Source of the DNA: Cyanophora paradoxa CCMP329
Taxonomy: Eukaryota > Plantae > Glaucophyta
Direction: 5' to 3'
Assembly: GCA_004431415.1 (NCBI GenBank)
Contig: QPMI01000710.1
Span: forward strand, 13,989 to 77,988
Length of the DNA stretch: 64,000 nt
The notes beneath the pieces were generated by a model, which worked only from the letters and a program-made list of their open reading frames with translations, was not told the DNA's origin and ran no database searches. Below are positions 1-11,800 of the stretch, in pieces (position 1 is the first letter of the stretch; every line of letters begins with the position of its first letter). A program made the position numbers and the translations under genes.

Positions 1-224
1 GTTACTCAAATGAAGGTATGTTGGCGATTGATATATTCAGTTGTGGATTAGAAGCAGAGCGAAAAACCACGAGAGTATCTCATGAGATAGATGAGAGAAT
101 AACAGGTGTGTTTTCAGGGTTGGAGAAATCGGAGAAACATAGAGTATTGCGATTTCCGAGTTAGTTGACACTGAGAAATTCAGAATTTCAGATGGTCTTA
201 CTGAAAATGGTCAGATAATCGGGT

Positions 225-660
225 GTGACACCTATTTAATTGACTGTGACGCCTCTTTAATTGACTGTGACGCCTGTGACGCCTGTGACGCCTACTTTCA
301 AACTTTTTAAAATTTTCAAAAATGACAGACTTCTGAAAACAGCCGTCACAGCCGTCACAGGCGTCACACCCAATTAAAAATGGAATCTCTTTCTCTTACT
401 GAGATTTTCGAGAATATATTCTTGTCTTACTGAAATCCGTCTTGTGACACCTCTGACACCTACAAAACACTATCCATTAATCAACCTTTTTGAAAATGCG
501 AAGTTGTCTTACTGGATATCGTCTGCAATTTCGCTGTGACACCTAATTTAATTGAGTGTGACGCCTGTGACGCCTGTGACACCTACTTTCAAACTTTTTA
601 AAATTTTCAAAATGACAGACTTCTGAAAACAGGCGTCACAGCCGTCACAGGCGTCACAGA
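225..660. repeat. Two ~130-bp copies, each with tandem TGTGACGCC 9-mers facing inverted GGCGTCACA/GCCGTCACA 9-mers
   Basis: The core ctactttcaaactttttaaaattttcaaaa(a)tgacagacttctgaaaacag occurs at ~292-341 and ~582-632, flanked by inverted 9-mer arrays. Confidence 0.9.
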
Positions 661-771
661 CATTCCACCCCTCTTACTGACTTTCTCAAAAACAAAACTA
701 TCTCTTACTGAATATCATTTGAATACTACCTGTCACACTTGAATTCATTTATTCTGTTTTATAGAACATAT

Positions 772-1030
772 GCAATCTAATCGATTGTTCAATTGGAGAC
801 CATGCAACTCTGTGACACTTTTTCGATCTAAAATATGCATCCGCAATCTCATCGATTGTTTAATTGGACATAATGCAGTTCCGATATATTCCAATAGAAA
901 ATCCCGCAATCTAATCGATTGTTTAATTGGAGATAATGCAACTCTGTGACACTTTTTCGGTGCAAAAATGTACATCAGCAATCTCATCGATTGTTCAATT
1001 GGACACAATGCAACTCTGGGACATTTTTTG
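772..1030. repeat. Degenerate tandem array, ~60-70 bp unit (gcaatct(c/a)atcgattgtt(c/t)aattgga...atgcaactctgtgacactttt)
   Basis: Four copies of the atcgattgtt(c/t)aattgga core at ~780, 851, 914 and 986. Confidence 0.85.
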
Positions 1031-1425
1031 CGTTTTTCGATACAGAATGGGCGGTGGTCTACTTCAATACCAGAGAGATATATCGAGTTTATGCGAATTT
1101 ATGCAATTTAATCGCGATTATATCGATCTTTAAGTAGTTTAATGCAAATTAATCGCAGTTTTATATGTAATCGACAAAGAACATAATCAATCGATATAAG
1201 ATCAATTGATTCAATCGTAAATATGCATAAAGTTAAACGCGTTTTTCATTTTTAATACAAAGTTTGCATTAATTTATACAAAGTTTGCATAAAAAGTTAA
1301 AGAATTTAATCGATAAATACGTATTTTAGTATTAATTTTGACACATATGTATAAACTTATTTAAATCCAGGAGCGGAGCGCGAAGCGCGAAGCGGAGGGA
1401 TTTAAATAAGTTTATACATATGTGT

Positions 1426-4400
1426 GGATGAGACGGAGGAGATGAAAGCGGTCGAAAGCGTGCTTAATGACTTGCCGGAGGAAGCATCAACGAACCAGAT
1501 TCTTCTCAAGGTGCTCCTTTTAATCACTCTCATCTGTGAGCATCGCTCTACGACTTTGACAATATTAATTGGTCATTCGCTTCAGATGCGTAATGCTATG
1601 TTGAATTGCCGGACAATGTCTAAACAAGAAGCTGCATTGTACTGCCTAGGTGCGCCTCTTGCTCTTCGTGAGAGAATGAGCTTTGCAATTGCCAACTGCA
1701 GCCGCTTGATAGGTCTTCCACTGTTCTTTTCATCCCGTTCTTCATGCTCGGTAGCTGCATACCTTCCTGGAAAACGAGTGAGGCGGCTGAGGGACAAGCG
1801 GGAGCTCGAATTCCGCATGGATCGCAATCCAGAAGATCAAGACACGTGGGCTGACGATCAAGTGGATTATTACATGGCGCGCACTCGAGATCCAGCAGGT
1901 GAGGTTTTTAATCACATTATAACTCTTCCAGCTGTACACGCTGAGCTTTGGTTCACAATTGCAACCAGGAGCAAGATCAGTCTTCGAGAACTTGACCTTC
2001 ATGCAATACATGAATTGGTTCAATCTTCACTTCGGGGGCAATGGTCCTATCGGCGCTGGACCAGATTCAAACCTTGCTTCCGAGAACATTGATGCCGAGG
2101 CTCTTGAAGAAGGAGGAGACCTCGATTGCTGGGAACCAAATCCTCTGTGGTTCGATGTGGAGCATCGGAAGCAGCAACCACAATCAACCGCGCCACTGCG
2201 CCCCAAGGTTCCTGGCTCCGGGTAAATATGATTTGATATTATGTCTATACGTATCAGCCCTGAATAGGTTTAATCAATCGTATGCGCTACACAGTGTATG
2301 CCCACGGACAAAATTGATGCCTCCTTTTCGGATTCATGAACTCCAGCAGCGTCGACGCCCTCGGACAGTCCGAGTGCGAGTGCCCAAGGACAGTGATCCT
2401 GACAGTTTGTACAGTCTCCTGTTTATGCACGTCCCCTTTCGAAACGAACTCCATGACTTACTGGGCGTTGAACGCGAGGAGGACGTCACTCCCCAGATTA
2501 TTGCAGCTGCAGTCGTCCGTCACCGTGCCACCATTGACTACAACATCCAGTTCACCCATTGCCATATGGCAGCTCGTCTTGGACGATCCCTTGAAAAATT
2601 TGACAAGGATTCCCGTCTCGCTGCTGCAGCTGGCAAGGATCTCCACCCGGATCCGGACGCACAGTCAATTACGTCAACTGGCACAGAGTCATCTGCAGCT
2701 CCACTCTGTCCCCCTGCTTCTGATGCATGTGTCATGACTACTGCAGACCTTGAAGCTCCCGAACCCAACAATCAAGTGCATGCGAGTGCTTCGATGGCAG
2801 TCGACTGCAATCCGTGCAACGATTTTGATACGGGAATTGTCACCGGTACCTGCAGCATCGCTGATGCTCCCTGCTCAAGCATAAGCATGCCTCCAGCTGC
2901 AGTAGCTCCAACACCCGGTGTGAACCTGCAAGACATTGATTCTATGTCACTGGATGTGCTGGAAAGGATGCTCAAGCCCAAACAGCGGGAGATGATGGTG
3001 GCTGTTCGTCAAATGACCAGTCGCCTTGAATCACATTATGCAACACAGTCAGCGTAAGTCCCGTTTACATATGTGCATGCGCATTCAAGTTTCCTCAGAC
3101 ATAAACATTTTCTCTAGGCACAATGCGGCAGTGGCTGCCAACTCGGGGATGCCTGTTTGTCGGCAGGTCCAACCCCCTCCTGTCACTTCCAAGCTCCCAA
3201 TCCACGTGGCATGTGTTGGACCTGGCGGGACAGGTAAATCGCTATTGATCAAGACCATTGTGAAGTACATGCTTCAATGGAGTCGCGATCATGCCAACAT
3301 GCAACAACCGTGTGGAAGTGGCGGCGTGCTGCTCATGTCGTGGACAGGCGTTGCTTCGTTCAATATTGGGGGCGGGACTGTATCGTCTCTTCTGGCGTTT
3401 GGAGCGCCTCCCAAGCCCGGTGAAACAAAGAGCACGTTCTATCCTCTATCCGGACAGCGGGCATGCCAGTTCCAAGCAAAGTATCGCGATGTGGAACTCA
3501 TCATTATCGACGAAATCAGTTTCGTAGGTGGCAAGAATTTCTCACGGATCAACCAACGTCTGCAAGAGATCTTTCAGAGTGACGCCCCCTTTGCGGGCAA
3601 GTCTGTTATCTGCTTTGGCGATTTCTTCCAGCTACCTCCCGTGAAGGAGAAGAGAATTTTTAATGTACTTGAGCCACGTATGTGGCGTACTTTCCGATAC
3701 GAAGATGATTGCGTGGAGGACAATCATCTGTGGTTGTCCTTCTTTCATCCTATCTTCCTTGATGAAGTAGTTCGACAAGCTGGCGATACAATGTGGAGAG
3801 ACACTTGTCTTCGTCTGCGAGCTGGGAAATTCAGTGATGCAGATCAGCGCCTTATCCTTTCAAGGTACAATTCCAGTTCCAAGAGTGAATTCGAAGGGCT
3901 CGAAATATTTACTACATCCACTCTGCACTCAGGTCGGCCAATCCGAAGGAGAACAAGCACGGCCACGCGCAGCTGGCAGAAGAACTCAAAACCACCGTCT
4001 GGCAGAACGCACTACGTGTTTTTCCATGCAACAAGGACGTTGCAGCGTACAACCGAGCTCGCCTGCAAGCCACCTCTCGTCGTTATTTGGCCCCTATCAT
4101 CACGCTCGAGGCTTTCGACGAGGGAGAATATGACAAGATCTCAAAGACGTGCAAACCTGCCGATCCAGTCGATGTAAGTAATTATATAAATTCCAGCCTT
4201 GCTGTTATTAATGCGTGCTTATCAATGCCGGTTTTAGAATAAACAGGGCGAATTGTTATCAGCCAAATTCACATTTTGCCTGGGCTCTCGGGTGATCATG
4301 GTCCTGAACGAGGATACTCACGACGGCCTCGTCAATGGAGCTCTGGGCACATTGGTGGGGTGGGAATTTGATGGACCGGTCCCATCAACCACTTCACACA

Positions 4401-6329
4401 TTCGCTTGCTCGACAAAAACGCACCATCGGCACTGTTTGTTGCATTCGATGATGAGAAGGTCGGTGCCAAGCGTGGACGAGTGAAAGTAAATCTCGCTGG
4501 TGTGGATTATCAGGCTGTACGCATCGAGCCTTCTGAGCGGGACATCTCTAATGAGCCTGTTGCACATGCAGCACAGCGGACAACAGCAACTCCAGCAAAC
4601 CAGCAGATCCAGCCTCCTCTTGACATCACCCCGAAGCCGTCAGCTGCCAGTTCAACTCCATCAAGAACACAGTTCCCTTTTCGACTGGCATGGGCTGTAA
4701 CTGTTCACAAGTGCCAGGGTCTAACACTACCAAAGATAGTGGTCGACCTGGCTGCTGTCTTTCAGTACAACATGGCGTACGTTGCATGCAGCCGAGTGCG
4801 TTCGTCGGCCGATATTATTTTCACCAATGTTCTCCGAGATCCCAATTGCAACCGGCGACGACGAGGACAGCATCATAAACGCGGGTTTATGGCTGCTATG
4901 CCAACTGCTGTGATGTGCTCCAGCAGTGAGGATTCGGATGCATCCCTCAACGCTAGCGCTGCTGCATGCACAGCTGGCACCAGTTGTGACCGCTGGCTGT
5001 ATTTTGCACCCTCTGCTGTTGACCTGCGGGAGAATGACCGGCTACGTGCACTATCAGCTACCATTGGCGTACCAACAGACAACCTCACGAAGCCATGGGG
5101 CACTTCTAGGTTTCCGACCGTGAAACCCCAACAAGTGATCGATAAACAGCGCAGCGATGCAGCTGCACTCGCAGCCCGCCGTACTCCATCAAAATCTTCA
5201 AGGTCAGCTGCATCTACGAATGCCGTTGGTGAAGTCCCACCGCCATCACCCCGGACTCCCAAACGCAAACGTGACGATGCATCTGCACGTGCACGTTCGT
5301 CGACGTCATCAGCTGCAGTACTGGCCGACCAAACCGGCGCCCTCAATGTCGCATCCCCAAAAACCCGCCTACCACTCCCTGCAGCTGTGAGGAATCTGGA
5401 TTTTGCGTTTTCCCAGGCGTCGACATCCTGCCCTGCGCATGCGCATGCGAGCCCTCCGGAGCCTGCATTTGGGGAGAATGTAGCCACGGCCGCAGAATCC
5501 TCTGCATGCGCAGCTAGCACGCAGATTCTGACTCAACCATATGTGCCCCCATCTGCGCGTTGCGTTGACATCATGAGGTCCCGCCTGATGACGATGGCGT
5601 CAACTCAGACTTTGCCCCCTATTTTCATGCCTTCGAATCTGGTGCCTGCCAGGTACGCTCTGTTCTTGGCATTATATATTGCGAAATTCGAATGAGCTAA
5701 TATTTGAATCGCATATGTACATTTTTTATATATAGTAATACTGGACGTGGTCGCTGCATGTTCCTGTCCATCATTGACAGCTTAATTTCGGAGGGTACTG
5801 CACCATGGCCATCCTCCGTGCGGATCCGGAATGTCGACAAGTGCACTTTTGCGGATCGCCTGCGGAACGAAATCGTGGACTACATGTCATCGATTACCGC
5901 ACATCATCCATACTTTGGACTACTTTGCTCATCTGTTGTGCCTGACGTTCCTGACGGACATGCCTCACCCGATGCGCTGCAACAATACGTCAACCGAATG
6001 CGAGATCCCACAGTTTATGGTAAATATTAATATGCATCGACATTTGTCGACGTCACATTTATTAATTCTGCTTCGCAGCGACCAGTCTGGAGGTCGCTTG
6101 TTGCTCGGCCTATTTAGGTCGCCCCATTCTGATTTTCTTCGAAGATAGAAGCCCCAGCCGCCCTTCCCCTTTTATTCATACCGGCACTACCGGAACACGT
6201 TACAGCCCCCCGATCCTAAATTATCCTCGGCCTTTGTGCCTCCTTTACCATGGCATTTTCCACTGCAATGGTACCCTGACCTCTAGCGGTAGCCATCATT
6301 ATTCTGGTTTGGTCCAGCGTACACTGTAG
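1426..6329 (+). CDS. Helitron RepHel protein, 5'-truncated: Rep C-terminal part, PIF1-family SF1 helicase and C-terminal OTU-like cysteine protease; multi-exon
   Basis: Rep-tail motif RTMSKQEAALYCLGAPL. Helicase motifs GPGGTGKS, LIIIDEISFV, FGDFFQLPPV, VVRQ, QFPFRLAWAVTVHKCQGLTL and YVACSRVR. OTU-like GRGRCMF...RLRNEIVDYM...LEV...HHYSGL, ending at TAG 6327-6329. The introns checked are GT-AG and keep frame. Confidence 0.85.
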
Positions 6330-6370
6330 TCTTCCCTACGTATACGTATATATATATACATGCACGTTAC

Positions 6371-7372
6371 ATCAAGTCGGCAGACATCAAGTCGGGGGCC
6401 TGCACTGCGGCAGCTGGTACTGCGGCGGATAGGAAGGAGTGAATTGAAGCCTTTCTCCCGCTTGCGCACTGCGGCATGCTGTGTGCAGGCGCTGCTAGCA
6501 GCCTTTAAATTGAGCTACGCTCGCGCTGCTAGCTATAGTAGCCTTTCAGCTTCCTTAAGCTTCAAACTCGAATTGATATCCCTGCCCTGCGCATGCGACG
6601 CAGCACTAGCGCTAGCGCTAGCGCGGCGCCCCGCACGACGGGGCGGGCTGTAAGCAGCGGCATGCGCAGCCCTTCCAAAAGTTTGCCCGCTAGTGCACGC
6701 CTTCCTGCCGATCAAATCTCTTCGGCGCCGGCAGCGATCTCCATCACCTGCTCGTGGCCCTTCCCCTATAGCTACCTCCGGCACCTCCTCGGCTCTCTCC
6801 TCGCCTCTTCCTTCCCGTATACGTAGTCCTCCGCCGCGTTCCCGTCGTCGGGTCTCTAGCTGAGACTAGCTCGATCCTGGACTCGAGCTCTCCGGTCCGC
6901 CTGCCGCTGTCTACGACCGCGAGGTACTTCCTCCGCCGTACTCGGCGCCGGTTGTCAGTGCTTTGCTCGGTAGCTCCCCCGCCTTGCCCCCCCGGGGGCC
7001 TCTTCGAATTCGTCGTCGTCGTTCGCTGGGTTCCGGTTCCGGGTCTGCAGCTGATTTCTCGCCGGGCTTGCCTTCTCTTGGCTCTGCTCCCGACCGCGGG
7101 CCCTTAGCTCCGGGACCTTCTTCCCCGCGGCCGACTCGCGATCTCTTCCCGGACTCGTAATCGCACCCGTCGCCGGCTTGCCGAGCCTGCGTCTCCTTGA
7201 TTCTCGTTCCCTCGAGCTCCGTCGATTTGCTGGCCGGCCGGGCCCTCCGACCGTCGGACCCTTGTTCTAGCTGTGCAACTAGAAGTTGAACGAGAGCCTT
7301 CGTCGCCCTCCCACGCATAGACGCAAGGGAACTACTAGTACTGCAATAGCGGAGCAGACCGCGGCCGGGGGC
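6371..7372 (-). mobile_element. ~1-kb insertion flanked by a 12-bp direct repeat; possibly a degenerate 5'-truncated non-LTR retroelement
   Basis: CATGCACGTTAC occurs at 6359-6370 and 7373-7384. No TIR. A short tandem repeat (acatcaagtcgg x2) sits at the left end. Confidence 0.45.
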
Positions 7373-7578
7373 CATGCACGTTACGTACCCAGTACCGACC
7401 TGTTTAATTTTAAAGTAAGTAAATGTTACCCAAAAAGCTTCGAATTCCTTTAGTAAATTTTTGAAATGTACATGTTACCCGTTCAATGTTAACCGAGGTC
7501 CTGACTCACTATAGGCTATAGCACGCTTCAGACCAGAGGTTGCACTGCCCCCGGGGCAGGACTGTTTATACCGACTCA

Positions 7579-7889
7579 GGCTGAAATCCGGCAGGGGATT
7601 TCTTAAGCGGTTTTAGCTTAAGCTTTCGTCGCTAGCTAGTTCCGACTCGGACTAGTTCGACTCCTAGCGAATTACTAGGAGCACCATCGTAGAGGTTTGC
7701 TTGAAGCTAGCGAAGTTGGCCTTGGCGCCGGTATGGCCATACCGGCGCCAAGAAACTTACCAAATCGCACTTCGCTAGCTTGTGAAACCTCTAACATGTT
7801 CCGTAATGACGTAATGGTACCTCTGCAAACGCGCTAAGTACCTGCGATTAGCTAAGATTTGGCCTAAAACGCCCTGCCGGATTTCAGCC
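7579..7889. mobile_element. PIF/Harbinger (Tourist-like) fold-back MITE
   Basis: TIR GGCTGAAATCCGGCAGGG / CCCTGCCGGATTTCAGCC, 3-bp TSD TCA (7576-7578, 7890-7892), and a perfect 32-bp central palindrome at 7721-7752. Confidence 0.85.
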
Positions 7890-7944
7890 TCATACCGAGT
7901 AATACCGACGTTTACGGTTTACTTGTGACATGTACAGTGCCATA

Positions 7945-8212
7945 CTGTAAACGTAGAAATTTTCGTCGAGACTTAATTTCGACAAAACCCGAAAATCGTG
8001 ACGAAAATATGGTCCGGCACTGGACCGGCAGCATCATATTTTCGTCAGCTCCGGACCGATCCAGGACTCCGCCATAGACGAATCAGCCGTTAGTACCCCT
8101 CTCCACACAAAATTTCCGTTCAAGAGTATCAAATATTCGTCACAGTGCAGGTCTGACGAACTTCGGAATATAGACGAAATAAAGACACTGTCGAAGATTC
8201 CTACGTTTACAG
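7945..8212. mobile_element. MITE with TA target duplication (Tc1/mariner-like)
   Basis: TA|CTGTAAACGTAGAAATTTTCG ... CGAAGATTCCTACGTTTACAG|TA, with an internal 13-bp inverted repeat at 7999-8011/8035-8047. Confidence 0.8.
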
Positions 8213-8873
8213 TACTGGTAAGTCGGCCGGGCGCGGCGGAAACGTATACGTATACGCCTGCGCAGCTGCAGCCTGCAGCTAGAGCCTCGATCGGCATCAT
8301 CGATCATCCGATGATCGCAGCCGAGTCGCACTGTACTGTAGTAACTGTACTACGGTACTGCGGCACTGCCGCGCAGTGCGCATGCGGCAGCTGCAGGCCT
8401 ACCGTAGTACTAGGGCCCACTAGGCTAGGCCCGACGGTCGCTATCCGATGATCGCAGGCTCGCAGGCTGTCGCAGCCGCCGGCCGAGTCGCAGGCTAGGC
8501 TCGCACTGCCTCGCAGACGTCGACTGTACGCCGTAGCTAGCGTACGCGTCGAACGCGGACTCCCATATCGCCGATCGCGAGTCGATCTGCCGCAGTGCGC
8601 GCACAGCACCGCGGCACCTTAGCCTCTTGCACAAGTTGCACTAGTACTGCATGCGGCGCCATGCGCACGCGCATCATGATCAGCAGCGCTCTGTGTACAT
8701 AGGCAGCATCTTGCAAGCTCATGATCATGATCAAGCAGCGACCACAGTGCGTATACTTATGCTACATTAGCTATATAGCAGCCTGGCAGTATACGTAGGC
8801 GCATCGAAGCAGCAATATCGCCGAGTCGGCACTGTTTATGCGTAGCCTATTAGCGCTAGCGTGATCATTCAGA

Positions 8874-11800
8874 ATGGATGTGCTCCAATTGCAAGCTGCT
8901 ACGGAAATCACTCGAACATCCAGTGCAAGATGCAAGTACCGGTGCCCGGAGGTCTCGGATCTGGAGACTTCTTCGGACTGTGCCAAGAAAGAGGCGCAGC
9001 TCCTTCAAGATCCTGACTACGACCTGCGCATGCCAGCCCACTCGAGGGTTCGCTCTTCAGCTTTTAACGAAATCGCTTGTCGTGCATAAGCGCTGGCGTG
9101 CACAGGACCCGACTGCGTTGCGGCACATTGGGACTGTACAATCACACGGCGTCCTCATTACACGTTCGCCTTTTCTCCCATGTCTGACTAAGAAAGCTGT
9201 CGACAGCGCGCATGCGCACCCACAGTGACTGCTGACTCGACATTGCATCAAGACACGCCTTGCATCCGTCGGGTCTCGTTGCGCGAATTCCTCAGAGCGA
9301 TTGACAGTCCCTTAGCTAAAGCTTGCATGCGCATCCTCACAGCCCTCGCAGCGAGAACCTCGGCGACCTTATTGGGGTGCCGGCCGCATCAGTCCTTGGC
9401 GGACCGCTATCCGCAGTTCTTGAGCCCGAATCCCTTTGTTCGGTCCGAAGCGCGATTGCCTCGCTCCAGGCCCAACCTCTCCTCCTGCCAGGGGAGACGC
9501 CTTTTCCTGGCGCTCCAGGCGGCATCGGTGGCCCCATCGAGCTCCAACTGCGTACGATCAACGACGCAGGTGCCCATGCCGGCCAGCTGCTGATCCTGAA
9601 CGTTGACTGCAACTGCCCCTTCTGTTTCGCTAAATTTTCAAAAGAATGGAATGGCACGCTCCACGTCTCCGAGGCTGTGTCGGAAGGTTCTTCGTCGGAG
9701 TGCATCTTGGAGCTGGAGCCTCTCGCTTTTCCATTTTCCGACGTCGACGCCGCCTCGTGCGTGTCTCCGCAAAACAAATTCCGTAAATAATTTTAATTTT
9801 AAATATTGGCCATGACGGCCCCCGGCAGCGGTCCTGCCTACGAATGCCCTGTTACAGACGTGCATATGGCGATTGCAAGCCTCTCTGCACGCTCGATGCG
9901 TGCGCATATACATGCACCGCTGCCGGGCCTCCTTTTGGATTTCGCCCCCCGAAGCATTCACATTCCGCCACCAGGGATGGCGGCGGAGGCCACGAGCGTG
10001 GAGCAGCTGCTCCAGGCGGTCGTTCCCCTCTTCGCGGAGATTGTGAAAGTCGATCGGTTCGCCCCTCGAGATCTCTTCCTTCCGCTCCCGCGGCTCCCGG
10101 CCCAGCAAATTCGAATCCGCGCCCACAGGTGCATGGTCTACCGATTCGAACCGCGCAAAGATGGCCTGGTCATCGCGGAGGTGCGCCCCCCGCGCCTCCA
10201 CCTCTCGATCGCGCGCGCGCGCGTTTCGCCTCACCTGCTTGCAGAGCCTTCGGGACGAGAGCCGCTCTCCCTTAATTGGCATGAGTTTCCCTAGCATGGT
10301 CCGAACCTGGCTCGCCCCCGGCCGCGGCCCGTTGCTCTCTGCCACCGATTTCCCTTCAATTTCAGGACATTCCCCCAGCCGCCCGTGCCATGTTCATGCT
10401 TAACCGCTTCCGAGCCATCCCCGATGCGAATGCCCGTACGCGTTCGATGCGCTCGCGCCGTTTTCGAGGACCTCGTGATCGACCGCCCACGCTCGCGTTC
10501 GCAGCGCAATCTTCTATCCTCTCCCATCCCGGCGACCATCCCCTTGACCTCGGTCGGAGCATCCTGCGCTCCGCCTCCCACTGTCAGCTCATCCCGCCAT
10601 TCTTCTTCTCATCTCGCCATTGCTCTCACACTGCGTCCACCAGATCACCTCGACTACATGCAAAATATGGTTTGCGTTCCTTTAATTTCCTGCACATATG
10701 CATGTGCTTCCGCGCGCCCGCCGACCGGGCGGCGTCCGCCAACGTCGAGTTCGCCCAGGGAACACGCGCCTCTCTCGTGCACGGCATAGTTCTGTCCGGG
10801 AGCCTTTGGGGTCTGTTTGTGTGGTGCGTCGCGCTCGCATTTCGTATACACGGAACCGCGGCATAAGCCAGCACACGCCTGAGAGCGGTTGGAACGCAGC
10901 CACAACCACCACTCGCCATTATACTGCAGTCGGCGCACCCGTCTGGCCTGCAGCAATTTCGTGATGGTTCCCGCCCAAGCCCACAGGGAAACCGCGGCCG
11001 CCTTCACCGAAATTAACGCTTTGCAGATGTTAACAACTCAGATCGCGTGGATACAAGAAAGGCTCTTCCGGCGGGCGGAGATGCGCGCACGGGAGCTGCA
11101 TGGTGCTATACTGGAGAGCGCGCACGCGCAGCGGTCGGGACTGCACCAGACTTTCTTGAAGGCCCTTTTCTCAGCAGACCCGAGCATTGAGGACCTTATC
11201 AAGTGCTGCGGGGTGGCGCTCGTGTCGGCAGTCGACACGGAGCACTTGCAGCAAGCCGCAAAAGGAGAGGGGATCTGTGAGTTCGAAGCGGCAGGCTGCT
11301 GCCCGCAACGGGACGTGGTGTGCAAATTCGAAAAATTAAATGCGCGCTTCTTACGCTTGACAAGCTGTTTGACAAGTGCATTGGAATCGAGCAGGTTGTC
11401 ACCCTTGGAGCGTTCATCGAGCAGAAGTGCATGGATCGAGCTTCTCTGGGGCATGCCGAAGTCTGGTCCACGAGCTTCTGGGTGCGCGGCCCCGCCCCTG
11501 AATTCGAAGCGGAGCGCGTTGCCGACGCGACTGCGAAGGCCCGGGACATCCCTTCGAGCATCCCGTCCTCTAGTGGCATCTGCGGCATCCTTGCTGCGCG
11601 CTTATCGCCAGGCGAGCTGGCTCCTTTCCTGCAATCATTCATTTATCGTCTTTTGTGAACCTGCAGCTGTGCGCTTGCACTTGCGAGTGCTCACCCTTCG
11701 AATTCTCCAGGTTCCATCGTCATGTACTTCCGGGAGGAGATGACCGTTGCGCGCAAGTGGGCCTGCAAGCAGTCGGACCTGTACCGTGACGACCGCCACT

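Larger units (their letters stand above)
1..1425. mobile_element. Right end of an unclassified AT-rich element with subterminal repeat arrays and a terminal hairpin; abuts and apparently truncates the Helitron gene
   Basis: Much more AT-rich than the rest of the window. It carries TGTGACGCC/GGCGTCACA arrays, repeated TCTTACTGA, a ~60-bp unit array and a perfect 28-bp inverted repeat (1341-1368/1398-1425). Helitron Rep coding sequence begins abruptly after it with no splice acceptor. Confidence 0.55.
1426..7565 (+). mobile_element. Helitron (Helitron2/Helentron-like) remnant
   Basis: RepHel gene plus a candidate 3' hairpin CTGCCCCCGGGGCAG (7545-7559) followed a few nt later by TTT rather than CTRR. 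The 3' boundary is inferred. Confidence 0.55.

Noticed and set aside
772-1030. Repeat-spacer-like array that could suggest CRISPR
   Set aside because: The spacers are themselves similar to each other, the repeats are degenerate, the context is eukaryotic and there are no cas genes.
7503-7515. GACTCACTATAGG resembling the T7 promoter core
   Set aside because: It lacks the TAATAC part and no vector sequence is nearby; compatible with chance.
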